A stretch of DNA of 64,000 bases, from positions 1-64,000 of the forward strand of contig NMRA01000765.1 in the NCBI GenBank assembly GCA_002633005.1, given 5' to 3'. Positions 23,805-36,860 of this stretch are shown one piece after another (position 1 is the first letter of the stretch; the number at the start of each line of letters is the position of its first letter). A program made the translations under genes and the position numbers. Under the pieces are notes generated by a model. It had not been told where the DNA came from and did no database searches. It was given only the letters and a program-made list of their open reading frames with translations. The DNA is from Phoronis australis (taxonomy: Eukaryota > Animalia > Phoronida).

Positions 23805-26800
23805 TAAATTGATACAAATTAGGTTGTTTTTTGGGTGGCATGCTCCTTTAAGTTGCACACCGCGTGAGCCCCAGCGACCGAGGCTGCCTCGTGCACGGGA
23901 GATTTTGTGCTTCTTCCTCTTCAGTCGATTAACTATCGTCGGACAATAAGTTTTGCTGCCACTTACCTGCATCCCCATGAATGATTGAAATCTTCGTGCA
24001 ACCGTTCTGGGCTTGCTTAATAATTTTGAATGGGACAATAAACAAGGAATGAGTCAGACTTCATACAACATTCAGTGCTTCTGACAACACAATTTTTGGG
24101 TTGAAATGAAAATTTTTCACTAAAAACCTGTATGCAGTTCAAACGTCTTTCGTTTTTCAGTGCAGTTGCTAATGTTTCTTTGGTAGGGCTCATTCGTGTA
24201 AGAACGCCGTTACGTGTTTAGCAGTACAAAGCCCAGCACAAACAGCGCGCGGCGCACATGCAATTGTTAGAGACATGGCATCCCAGTCTTATGTTGTGTA
24301 AGTGCCCATTCACCCTTTGCTCAATACTATAACACATATCAAAAACTAATGTACATCCACGTAGCCACGCTTCACTACCCTTACAAATTCCCTGTAGGCC
24401 TCGGTCTCCGATTTGCATCGGAGATGAAAGAATCTCGCTTTGGATGCTAGTGTGATCGTGTGCTTCGCTTTCAATACCTGGCCATACCTCTCGAAGTCTT
24501 CAGTATTGCGTACTCGTGAGATTCTCACCCTTGCGCCCCTGGACGCAGGCTAGGGTAGAGTTCAGTAGCTGTCTTGGGAGTAGAAAAATCTAGCCAAAAT
24601 CTCGTGTTTACAATTAACATACACGACAATATATTACGTAATCTAATGAACTCTTGCTTTTTAGCGACGTCCTAGCATTACGAGCTTGACCCCTATGTAG
24701 ACGTAAGAAGGATTGAACTTGTGGCGACCCAATTTTGCTTGCTCATCCATTGGTCTGTGTACTCGTGGTCTTGTGAATTCGCGTCTTCTACCGTCTGAGG
24801 TACAACACCCTGGACTCCATGGTGTCCCAAGATTAAGTTGAATCCGGACAAGGACACCGGGACCCTGTGGCACTCTCTGTCTGCGGCAACTAAGAAAATC
24901 CTGTACCAATTTTGAAAAATGACAAGTCAGTTGAATCAGATTTGGTAGTCGTTGCTTCTTGTGGTCCTAGTGGTAGGCTAACAAGAATACAAGACCTGCA
25001 GTCCGATGCGACGGGTCTGGAAGCTGATAGGAGTTTCGGACCCGGAGTTACATATCTACTTTCCACAGGACCTTCTTGTCTATGTCACCGCCTTCAGTTG
25101 ATAGTTTTGAGAAAAAAAGAAACACGATCTTTAACTACAGACCATGCTTTTTGTATTACTAAAAATAGTTTTAAATGTATTTAATTGTGTTTGATTCAAA
25201 AGTGATGACTCTTACATTGCTAATTATTCTCGTTCTATTTTTACGCAAGGTGATGTGTTATCTAGAGCAAGGGTAAATAATTTTGGGAAGCATTACCAGC
25301 AATTTCCGTATATAAGTTCGGGAAACCAAACATCGGAAGTAAAAACACACCAGAGCCTCTCCTCGGCAATGCCAAATACACGAACACAGTATAAATACTG
25401 TAGCTCGCTCTAACTATATCCTAGTGAGAATAGCATTATTTTTAGATTTCAAACATGAATTTTTATTCTCAGATATGCGTCCTAGGTATATTTTTGGGAA
25501 AAAATTAAGATATGCAAACTGGGTATATATTCTGCTGGATTTATATACGGAAATCTACGATGGATCTTCTTGAACCTGTAAACTATGAAAATTTCATTGA
25601 GACAGTTTTGTTCTACTAACATGTTCAACTAACATTCCGTTCATGCAAGTCGGTCAGAACGTTCACTTTTAAGGCGTTATTACAACAGGTAAGTGTTGTT
25701 TTGATTTTTGTTTGGTGTTTCCATATTTTATTTCGTTATGTATTCCACTCTTCAGATAGTCACTGTTATTCTTCAACAACATTTCTGTACTTGTAATGAG
25801 ACTTAAGTAAACTTGCGACACTGTTCATACTTTAAATTTTAGCAGAAGTGTGTGACGTCCATCAGTAGAGACCTGTAGGAAGAACTATCGGAAGAACTGT
25901 CAGCAGTTAAGCCTGTGGTTAAAAACGTAGCGAACCCAGATGTGTTACGTTACCTCAGTTGCATGAAGGCGTGCCAGTGTATCACTGAGTTAATATCGGG
26001 CGTTTCAAAGGCTGTGGATGATAAAGGCTTTAATTATAAAAAACGGTTGGGTGAATTTGATGTTGGTAGCAATTGAAATTACATTCGCTTTCTAGACCGC
26101 GCCCTTCTATATACAACATGTTATTTAATGGTGTCTTCCGCCGCGCAGCCTTGTACAAGTCGACACATTCCCATCGTTTGCAGTAGGCCTAAACATGTAG
26201 AACGTCAGTAGTCCCGAGTTCAATGCGCTTCTTCAACAATTAAGATGACTACCAGAGCGACGAATGAGGATCACGAGTGGATGAGAAACTACTCATTTTA
26301 CTATCATGACTGTCTTTGCAATCTAGTTTGGATAATTGTTCATTCCACATTTTCATGTTGAAACTGAGCTTTCAGTTAATATAGAAATAAAGGTGTCAGA
26401 GTTAACTTGCGTTTCGGTTTGTAACTATCAGACGCATGGTTTAACAAACATATACTCTGTTCCCATCACTGTTCATCACTTTCTTCATTGCACTCATTCC
26501 CACATCCATTACTGATACGTTTAACGCAAAATTCGTTGAAACTGAGAAAGCGCATGTTTTAATGGTCGGGAACCCTCTTGGTGCGTCGAATACGCAAGTC
26601 CAGCTTTTTATTAGGAAACCACATTGAAAAAAACGCTTATCGGGGCGCTCTTTGTGCGTTGACAACGCAAACGCGACACTTTTTTATGGAGGAAATGCAT
26701 TTTTAGATAAGAGAATCATCAGTTGTCTGGAATGTTTCATGTGCGTCAACAACGCACACCAGAACCACTCATTGGAACGCCCAAATTTGTCACCAGGAAC

Positions 26801-27284
26801 ACTTCTTTTTTTTCACAGTGCAGCCCGATATTTCAAGTGATAACGCATTTTTGAAAAAATTTGTCACTTGCCGAGAACGGTTTTTGAGCATTGGCAATGC
26901 AAGCTCAATATTTCATATTGAGAAAGCGCATTTTTGAAAAGAAGAACCAACACTTGTCGGGAAAGTTCTTTGTGCGTCGACAATGCACATTTCTTATTGT
27001 GAAAACCCGTTTTCCAAAAATAAATCGCGCAGACAGTTTGAGTCTCATTGACCAGCAATTATACTGCTGTCAAATGACCGAGTCATGCCGAGCCGGCAAT
27101 GTTGATACTGCGACTGCTCATCGAAATAACGTACACCCACGAAATTCGGACACAAGCGGAAACCCAAATGTGGAGGTCCGCCAAATTCGGACACAACAAA
27201 AATGATGTTTCGCAACATTCATCCAAGAATAATTTTTTCTATTGGAATTAAATTTGGGTGTCCGAAAATCACGCAACTTTACCG

Positions 27285-27943
27285 TACAGCCATGGGCGCA
27301 AAAAACAAAACTGCCACTAGGAGGTTCCACAGTAATCGAAGTTTTGGGAAAATCGTCATGAGATGTAATCTTTATAGTAAGAATATACACGCCAATTTTC
27401 GCAATCATCCGTTCAGCGAGTGGTGGACGCCAAAAAACAGGCTAGAAAAGAGTAAAAATTGCGACTAGGTGGCACAAAACTACATTGAATCCATCCGAAA
27501 ACGGGAGCATAGCATCATCACACCAAATTTTATGAAGATACAGAGGTAAGCCTAAAAAATTAAAATTGCCACTAGGGGGCACAATGGTAGTCGAAAACGT
27601 CCGAAAGTTCGCTCATGCCGTCCCATCCATGAAAGGAACAAGTGCAAAATTTGAAGAACACATGTCAAAGGTAAAAGCATGAAAATTTTCGAGACATCCA
27701 GTTGAAAAAACAGATAACGTTTGAGTCTAATACTGGAATATGATAACTTCACAAGCTGAAGTCTGTGAGCTGAAGACTGTGAGATGCGGACGCAACGTCA
27801 CTAATTTTTGTAAGTTTTTATTCCAGTATTAGACTCAAACTTTATATGTCAAAGGGTTTCGGAGATATAGCAGCAGACGCCGGACGGACGGACAACGATG
27901 ACGGCATAATGCGTACACATATAAATATGAGCGCGTATAAAAA
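27285..27943 (-). mobile_element. Remainder of the HINE-like element interrupted by the 20941-27284 insertion
   Basis: Resumes with cagccatgggcgcaaaaa and ends ggacggacggac...atgcgtacacatataaatatgagcgcgtataaaa. Confidence 0.75.
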
Positions 27944-28017
27944 TGAAAATTCTGGCAATTGTGTTTGCGCATAATAACTAACAATTATCATAACAATGGT
28001 ACAAAAACACTACTTAC

Positions 28018-28380
28018 AGTCCACACTAAGCTGGCTAACAGAATTTTTATTGATGCCAGTAGCGCTCACTTCCACAGTGTACTGGCCTTCATCATCAGGT
28101 GTAACTTGTGACAAAGTGATGGTGAAGTCAGTCTTTCCAAAAGAGTAGTCTGTAGAAGCACGAGATGCATAGCCATCGTCAAATTTTCCATCGTTAATAG
28201 GTGGGTCAGGTGCTACATAGTAAGGTGCTACAAACACATCAAATGAGCCTCTCTTAAAAGCTATCCTGATTAACTTTTTATCACTTCCCAGTTCATAACT
28301 TATCCTGAATGTAGCATTTCCGCCGTTGACACCAATGACCTCATCAGTTGAAGTCACACTCAGGGCAGAAACAGCAACAC
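28018..28380 (-). CDS. Gene A N-terminal V-type Ig domain exon without cysteines, including the signal-peptide C-region
   Basis: 363 nt, phase 1-1. Acceptor catttttctctttcag, donor gtaagt. VAVSA-LSVTSTDEVIGVNGGNATFRISY...TITLSQVTPDDEGQYTVEVSATG...SQLSVD (DxGxY motif). Joins the 13245-13559 exon in frame. Confidence 0.88.
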
Positions 28381-28414
28381 CTGAAAGAGAAAAATGTAGA
28401 AACTAAACTTATAA

Positions 28415-28950
28415 GTATCACAATGTAGGCAATGCCAGCTCATTGGTTTCACAACTTTAGTAATGTCTCTCCAAACTGTAAATGTGGTGTCCATCAATCG
28501 TATCCTCATATTTTCTTCAAATGTCCCCTCATCGAATACCTGAGAGACTCGCTCTTTCGTGCACTCAATGAAAACCAATCAATTGTTAACGCTCTCAATT
28601 CTTGTAATAATATTCCTACTAGAGTTACATTATTATTGAATGGTAGTCCTAACCTTGACCTCGTTCTCAACGAATTCCTCCTAAGCAACGTTAGTAAATT
28701 TTTATGTACAGTTTATCAATATTGTTGCATCTGATTTCCCTACATGAATCTGTACATATTTTTGTTTTTATATATCTGTAATAGCATATCTAAGTATTGG
28801 AATACTTATTTTAGATACTACTTAATTGTATATACCTCTATGTATATTAGTTTCATTTATGGATTGTTTACAACCCAGATATGCTTCGCGGTTTCTGGGT
28901 TTGTTATTATTTCTTTGTATGTTCTGTGTATTCTTCAATAAATATATATC
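28415..28950 (+). mobile_element. 3' end of a CR1/L2-like non-LTR retrotransposon
   Basis: SPNCKCGVHQSYPHIFFKCP (CCHC) ... LLLNGSPNLDLVLN, followed by an AT-rich 3' UTR with the stem-loop aacccaga..tctgggtt and AATAAA at ~28937. Confidence 0.6.
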
Positions 28951-29904
28951 ACTTATTAATTGGTTTCTAGCAGATATGTGTCCACTGCAGGACAACTAAG
29001 AATTTGATACAAAAACATCAATCCTAACTGTCTTTTTCAGATCGACCCATTGTGAATACTGTTACGTTGGATTGGAACAAGCAGAACTTGAAGTAAACAG
29101 TCCAGATTAGCTTACTCGCAGAACAATATCTCGTTCCTGCAAAGCCAGTGGATCGGGGTGCAAGCAACTGAAAGTTACTGCAACAGAGAACAATCTCCGA
29201 CAGGGCTGTATCTCGCAGTGTGATGTCAAGGAAATCGTTGCTCTGCAGTTGTCAGTGAAGGACATGGGCATTTATTTTCAAAATCATTTAAACTACCGTA
29301 AAATTTTGAATTACTGTGAACATAAGTCAGTCACTAATATGTATTTTGTAATCGACAGGACTTTATTTTATTAACCTTCTACAAAACATATTTTAACTAC
29401 CTTGTTTTACTAGCGGTAACCCCTCCCGACACAAGTTGACTGATCCTGTACATTAGCTGGGAAATTTATTGACCCAGTTATAGTAACCCAACATGAATAT
29501 CACTCCTTTTTGGCCGAAATTATGTAATAAGGTCAATAATACTGTATTTTCAGAAAAAAAACAAATACAAAATGACAAATCCCTACTTAAAACTCATTTT
29601 GTGGTGCTGAGTCACAATTCTAAATTTGTGTGAAAATTTTACGGAATTTTGTATTAATTAGACAGAGGTTTGAACGGGCTTTGAGAAGATGTTTTCCATT
29701 TTTCGCTAGGACGTCTACTTTTCGATTTTGCTGAGATTTTTTGATAACGCTGTTCCTTTGTCGACTGATTTTGCAGCAATGTTGTTGGTTTACCTTCAAT
29801 TGAATAAGACTGTAGCCTATTTCTTACTGATTCCAGATATCTTCGTTCGTCATATGAATATTATCATCACGTTCATCTTCGGCACCACCACCATCATCAT
29901 CCCC

Positions 29905-29979
29905 AATGAAGTCTTTTCACTTAATTTCGCCAAATGTCACTCCTCCGAGTGCTTTCATGTTGTTTGTTACCAAAAGGGC
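29905..29979 (+). repeat. 75-bp direct repeat flanking the LINE (second copy 31937-32011)
   Basis: aatga(a/g)gtcttttcacttaatttcgcc...accaaaagggc, 4 mismatches in 75 bp. Confidence 0.9.
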
Positions 29980-31936
29980 AAATCTCTTTAGGAAAAACAA
30001 AAATATAAAAGGTATACAGATTGGAGCTCAAGAATTTAAATTAGTCCAATATGCAGATGACACTGCTATCATCCTCGATGGTTCCGAAAGATCATTAAAA
30101 AACTCTCTTGATCTGCTTGACCAGTTCTCAAAGTATTCAGGTCTAACTCCTAATTTAGAAAAAACAACTCGTGTCTGGATAGGTTCTATGAGGCAAAGTA
30201 ATACAAGGGTATGTTCTGAAAAGGACTTAAAATGGTCTACCTCACAGTTTAGTATGCTCGGGATTGTTTTTTCTACTGACATCCAGGAAATGAGTAAGTT
30301 AAACTTTGATCGCAAGTTGGTTGATATTAAAAAAGAAATTGTAAGATGGTCAAAAAGAAACTTAAGTACTTTTGGTAAAGTTACGGTGGTCAAATCATTT
30401 CTTCTACCAAAACTGATTCATGTTTTATCTTGTTTGCCAATCCCTAGCAATCTGTTCTGTAAAGATTTAGAAAAACTGTTTTTTCATTATATTTGGGGAG
30501 GAAAGTGCGACAAAATTAGGCGCAAAACCATGATTCAAAATTATGAAATGGGTGGCTGTAAAATGATAGATGTTTACTCTTTTGTAAAGGCAATTAAGAT
30601 AACATGGATGCGTAGGATCTTAAAAGCCACAAATTCTACAACATGGTTAAGTCTCCTCTTAAATACTGATTTGATATCATTGGAGTATCTAAAATTTGGG
30701 AACTATTTCTACAAATATGCAGCATCTCAAACTGAGAACCCTTTTTGGAAGGAACTATTCAACTTTCTGTATGATTTTTCTAATATAATAGATCAGGAGG
30801 AAATACCTTATCAGCCAATTTGGTATAACACTAATGTAATGATTGGTGGAAAAACAGTATTTTGGAGAAGATGGTTTGAAAAGGGTGTTTATTATATCTC
30901 AGACCAACTAGACGAGCACGGATATTTGTTATCTTTTGAAGATTTTTGCAAAAAGTTCAATTTTAGACCAATATTTTTGAATTCTTATGGGCTCAAAGAG
31001 GCTGTTTGTCAAAAATGGAAAATCTCAAAAGGTGACAAGTTTTCCTTCTACGCACCCTCTATCCCAAATTTTTTTAAAATTATTACTTGCAGACAAAAAG
31101 GGCACAAAACATATATACAACACTTTTGTGCTAAACAACTATGCCCGGCCTAGGTCTGAGATGAAGTGGCAGGCAGAACTTGCAATACCAGACACTATTG
31201 AATGGTGAAAAAATGCCTACTTTGTGAACTTTACACTTGACGTGAAACTTCGTTGGTTTCAATTTAGACTGTCACAAAGGATAATTAGCTGTAACTCTTA
31301 TCTTGTCAAAATTGGGGTAAGTAACTCCCCCTTGGGGTGTACGTTTTGTAAGAGTGAACCTGAGACTTTGCTTCACTTATACTGGCAATGTGATGTTGTT
31401 CAAAATTTTTGGAACAATGTTGAAGGTTGGGTTAGAAACAAAACTAATATTTCCCTAGGTACAAATGTGCTTACAGTTTTCTTCGGAAACAGATGCAGAA
31501 GACGGCCAATTCAAAATTTAATCTTGTGTCTCAGCAAGTTCCATTTATATAAGCAACGTCTCAAGGGTAAACCTCCAAATTTAACTGTATTAACAAAAGA
31601 AATTAACAGTTATTACTCCAGTGAAAAACATATTTATTCAAAAAATTTACAAATGGAAAAATTTACAAACAGGTGGTCACAAATGCATAATTTAATAGCA
31701 ATGTAAGGATATTTTATCATTCCAAAATACTCTCTCCCCTTTTCAGAGCCATATACTACTACACTGTCTTGTATGTTTTTTTTTTCCTTTTTGTTAAATG
31801 TATTTCAAAATCCGGTTCAAGTATACATTTAACTTAGTAAACTTTATTTTCATTGAATTGTAAAGTAAGGCAAGGGAACCCCAGACCTTTGTCCTTACTT
31901 ATGTTGAACTGGGAGAATAAAAAAATTCAAGAAAAA
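29980..31936 (+). mobile_element. 5'-truncated L1/Tx1-clade LINE (RT C-half plus zf-RVT), pseudogenised
   Basis: QYADDT catalytic motif, WSKRNLSTFGKVTVVKS, GGCKMID and CTFCKSEPETLLHLYWQC. Frameshift near 31100 and a stop at ~31206. AATAAA plus an A-rich tail at ~31916-31938. Confidence 0.92.
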
Positions 31937-32974
31937 AATGAGGTCTTTTCACTTAATTTCGCCAAGTGTTGCTCCTCCGAGTGCTTTCATGTTGTTTGTT
32001 ACCAAAAGGGCTTTAAAGAGAGCCTCTAGCGGCTAAAACACCTTTTTGACACCAGAAATGCAAGCACTGTTCATAAAAAAAATTGTTTTTGCTTCTTACA
32101 TACTACAGAAATTAATTATTGCAATGCAAATTACACTGCTCATAATCTGTAGCCAGCAAACCAAATTTTAGAACAAACTTTGCAGCTGCGAAGCTGTCAT
32201 CATGTCCTAAGAGATTTCGCAAAATTTTGACAGTGTGTGCGCGTGTCACCAGCGTATTATTTTCAAAACGACAACAGACTTTCTTTGTTACAAAACTCAA
32301 AAGGCAGAGAATTATGATAGAAAAGGACGTTCATTAGACTGTTTTCCACTGACTAAAACAGCTGGTAACAGGCAAGGTGAGTGTCAGAATTGTCTCCCAC
32401 TCAGATTTTGCATGCACCCCGTCTGTTGTTGGCTCTGCGATATAAGTTTCACGACGAGGTGACTAACAGTACTCAACTCACACCCGGCATCTATGAAATT
32501 TCGTGGTCTAACCAAAGTCTATGGTCTAATGGCGCTCAATTTACTGTGCTACGTACCTGTATTTTGGCGAGTCTTCAAACAGGTAGCTGGCTGGCTACAA
32601 TTATGATGTGCAGTGTGCACTTCAACATTTCTTGTTACTGTTCCGGCCCAAATCGGAATATTCTGGATTGGATCATTCCCGTATGCCTAACGGAATTCAG
32701 ATACTGGCAGCCCATATCGGAATATATATTTTCGAGTGACTTTAAAGCGTTCAAATGATTATAAATCCTTATAATTCTGTATGTTTTCATGCAATCCAGA
32801 CTTCATTTAATAGTTTTTTTTATTACAGATATTCATTACGTTGTGTTGCTATAAAATGTTCAATCTTGTGAGATTGACAGAGTCAAAATGGTGGCAACTA
32901 CCGGTTGCAAGATTTCAAGACGAATTATTTTGAAAATTAATTAAGTTTCTAAATTTTCAATGAATTTGAATATA

Positions 32975-34356
32975 CCGTAATCGTTCGGGTTAACGCCCAT
33001 GCTCAGTTAACAGCCCATCCCCGACCTTAAGTGGATTTTCGATTTAACCGCCCACTGCTCGGTTAAGCGCCCCCTGCGATTTTTGAAGATTTCCAGCTAA
33101 GCGCCCACCTCTCGGTTAAGCGCCCATCCCCGACTTTTAAAGAAGGAAGATTTAGCGCCTAGAGCTAAGGAAGCGCGCGATTCCCCGACTTTTAGAAAAC
33201 GATCGATGATCACAATGAGTGCAACGACGCCGGGACTCCGAGACGGTGGTTTAGCAATCTGAATTACAATACAGGTAACGAGTTATTGTCTTGGGTCATG
33301 AACTCACTTCAAAATATAATACTTGAACCTTTTTGTCACTTTATTTTCTTCCCTTGTTTGCAAACTTTTAAGAACGCCGCCGGCGTCAAAACCTCCGCTT
33401 TCAGCGACTTTGTCTGCCGCGCTGAGTTTCCGTCTGCATTGCACTAGATAAAACATATATTCGAAAAAATCAGGCCAGAGAAATGTGACAATGGTTTTGC
33501 CAACCCTCCAAATTCTATTAAGGTGGGAAGCTCTCGTATTTTGAACAAATCTCACAACTCACGGAATGATATCAAATTCTCAATATTTTGATGAATATAA
33601 CTGCCGGGTTGTAGAGGATGTGGGGCGACCGAAGGGACAGTACAAGTGCCTTACTGGGTTACCGAATTCAAACGTTGGCAATAATGTATGTTTGTGCATG
33701 ATCTTGAAGTAATAAAAAACGGCTAGTCAAATTTTTTGTTTTTCGCTTATTGCATCTCAGTCAAACTGGTTAGCAGATTTAACTAATGTCGCTGGCTGTT
33801 CTTTACTATTTCTTGCGTCAGCCCCCACGTAAGCGTGACTGTGTGAATTATCCTTTCCACATCTCCTTTTTAGCCATCCAGAATAATTTTGTTTATACAT
33901 TGACCATTTTCAGCCTGAACAAAAATTCTTACCATTCGAGTCTGAAATTTCTACGACATAGACTGCTTGAGGATAGTGGGTAAGAGATTCACGCAGCTAG
34001 TTACAGGGATGGGCTTAGGGCGCATCGAGCCGGGAAATATGGGAATAGACTTGACATCGCAGTTTTGGGNNNNNNNNNNNNNNNNNNNNNNNNNNNNNNN
34101 NNNNNNNNNNNNNNNNNNNNNNNNNNNNNNNNNNNNNNNNNNNNNNNNNNNNNNNNNNNNNNNNNNNNNNNNNNNNNNNNNNNNNNNNNNNNNNNNNNNN
34201 NNNNNGTCGTAATAAGCGCCCATGTTCGGTTAACCGCCCATCCCCTACTTTAGGTGGATTTTCGATTTAACCGCCCACTGCTCGGTTAACCGCCCTCCCC
34301 CGATTTTTTGGATTCGCCAATTTAACCGCCCAGGGCGTTAACCCGAACGATTACGG
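32975..34356. mobile_element. TA-TSD MITE with CCGTAATCGTTCGGGTTAACGCCC TIRs (contains an N gap)
   Basis: Perfect 24-bp TIRs, TA on both sides, and repeated (c/g)cgccca subterminal motifs. Confidence 0.85.
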
Positions 34357-35461
34357 TAATTGCCTTTTATGGAAAGATCAAGCTAATATGTGTTGTAACG
34401 TTTGCACCAAATTAAACAGCCTATTGTCGCCGATTCCAATACAAGACACACACTCGACAGCGGCCCTTATCAGAATCGCGCAGAGTTCACACCTTCCGCT
34501 TCAAAAAGACATGAATGAAAAGTTCCCAACATCAAAGTTTTTGTATCAAGCAAACTACACGTTATAATAAACATTGTGAGATTGCATCATGATAACAATT
34601 CAGACGAAGAGTTTTTTTTTCTGGCAGTTTTGGCAACCCCAGTCACCCTCCCGGGGATTCCCATACAGACCCGTATTAGACTGTCTGCTAAATAATTAAA
34701 CAAAAAATTCTAAAAGTAATGATTTTGATCGATTTTACTATTAATTGACATGAAATGAACAATTAATGTGTTTCCTTGATTTTCCATGAAGTTTGCACAA
34801 AATTAAACGACCAGTCATCGCTGATTTCAATACGATGGAGACACAGTGAATGTCAAATTTTAACGATGTCATAGACTTCTATTGATGCAAGCGACATCCC
34901 ACTTTTTTGGCGCCAAAAGGGATTCGTGATGGGGCTACTGTATTGTCAAAGGCCTACTTATATAACGACCTGGGTATGCTATGACACCGTATGTTGATGT
35001 TTTTCACCAATACACGTAGTTTATAAATAAAATAGTCATTTTGGCACTATACTAGGCTTTTAATAAATGTTAGTTTGCACACTACAGGTCGCATTTTTTG
35101 TCTGATACACAACAAATTTACAAACAAGTTGTAGTTCCAGAAGAACTTGAAGTCTATTGTTTCTCGTTGTGATCAGATTCAAAATGGCGGACCTAGTGGC
35201 CATTTTGTTTCCAAAATCAGATTCAAATGCTCATAAAAGCCACAATGTTCGACAAGCACGACTGAAAATCGGTATGATTATTGTACCACATGGTTGCTAC
35301 ATATGTGCTGTAAATCAATTACTTCTGGTCACAGATGGCGGAAATATTGCCAATTGCACATGCACACCTCAATTTTGGGATGAAAACCTTTTGTCCTCTA
35401 GAGGGCGTGTTGTAGGACCAATCGCTTTGAAATATTTTTGGTGTTGGTTTTCTGCAGTCTA

Positions 35462-36860
35462 CTGTTAAGTGACGGGTTAATACCCTGGGCGCTCAAACTG
35501 GGAAACCCTAAGACGGGGTGGGTGATTACCCAAGCAGTGGGCGCTCAAACCGAAAAATTGGCAAAATGTCAGGTTGGGCGATTATCCAAGCAGAGGGCAC
35601 ATACATCCAAGTTTTAGCCGAACTGGGCAAGCTCACGGGGTGTTCATTGCAGCATGGAACTTGTAAGTTTGGTCAAACAGCTGAACCAGACAACCACAAA
35701 GTTTCTCACGGCTCAAACAGAAATAGGATTTCGACTTTGAAAGGGTGATTTCGCCAGAACGTAAACTCCAATGTTTTCAAATGTATTAGCGTACTGAAAA
35801 AATGTCATTCCACGGAGATTTATGAAACTCGAATGGCAGTCCACTTACAGTATCAGCAAGTACGGTCTGTTTTAGATCAGTGAACAGGATTACAAGTCGT
35901 TTCCAGCGCCATTGTATTGTTAGTGTTGTTCGTACAACTGAGTCTAGTTGGAACACTTCCGGTTCCGTCTCGCCATTGTTAATGTCGTCTGCGTGTTAAA
36001 CCTAATAAATTTTCGATTCACTATTTAGTTCATCAGGCGCTCGATTAAAAACAAGGATGACTCATTCCTGGCCGAAAAAAACCGTTTGCAATTACGAGGG
36101 GGTTGAGAATAATTCCTCAATTCAAATCTTGGTTGACCCAGGAAATAAAGCTATCAAAATCACGTGCTCTGTGCATGCAATTACAATGAGAGGGGGTTTG
36201 ATTAATTGGTCAATTCAAATATGGGTCAACACAGGAGAAAATTTTTGCAAAATCAAGTGCTCCATCTGAAACTACATGGCGATGTTTTGAAGTTTTACCT
36301 GTTCAAGCCAAACACTCAAAAAACTTAATCTACTTAATTCGAAAAAGCATCCGAAATGGTGTCTGATACGAAAAAAATTTAGACTACGTAATTCGAAAAC
36401 TTATCACCTAGACAAACCTACGTCGGTGACGAACAGGACGTTGTAGGCCTAATCTCGTAGTAGACTGGCGTCACTTCTATAAAAATCTACGGGAGCAAGC
36501 CTATATTAATTTAACAAAAGATCAGTGAATGAGTTTAAAAAAGGTACTTGCAGCACTTGAGTTATTCCATAAACGCCGGCTGAAAAACGTACTTTTCGAG
36601 ACAATTGTGCGCAGGTGTAAGCACGCCATTTTCCGCAAACACGGAAGTCTAACCCCGAGGCAAAGCTGTGAACAAAAGCAAGATTTCAAGCACAAGTTCT
36701 CTAACCGGTAAGTTGGGGATTCGCGATTATCCAAGAGGTGGGCGCTTACGTGGAAATTAGAACGAAGTAGGGGATGGGCGATTACCCAAGCAGTGGGCGC
36801 TTAAACCGAAAATTGATAAAGTCGGGGATGAGCGATTACCCAGGCATGTGCATTTACGTA
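35462..36860. mobile_element. Older related MITE-like element with gggcg(c/a)tta subterminal repeats
   Basis: tgggcgattacccaagcagtgggcgct repeats at 35485-35600 and 36715-36845. It is embedded in another repeat whose halves (35170-35400 and 37215-37410) are similar. Confidence 0.45.

Larger units (their letters stand above)
21707..23847 (+). mobile_element. Kolobok-like element (TTAA TSD) with a degenerate THAP domain
   Basis: TTAA|aggagaatgccaccc ... gggtggcatgctcct|TTAA. A THAP-like peptide lies near the left end. Confidence 0.72.
20941..27284. mobile_element. 6.3-kb TA-TSD DNA transposon (Tc1/mariner/pogo-like termini), decayed and carrying nested inserts
   Basis: 25-bp TIRs cggtaaagtcgcgcgattttcggac / gtccgaaaatcacgcaactttaccg. 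It splits the HINE motif ggagaTA|cagccatggg exactly at TA. Confidence 0.8.
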
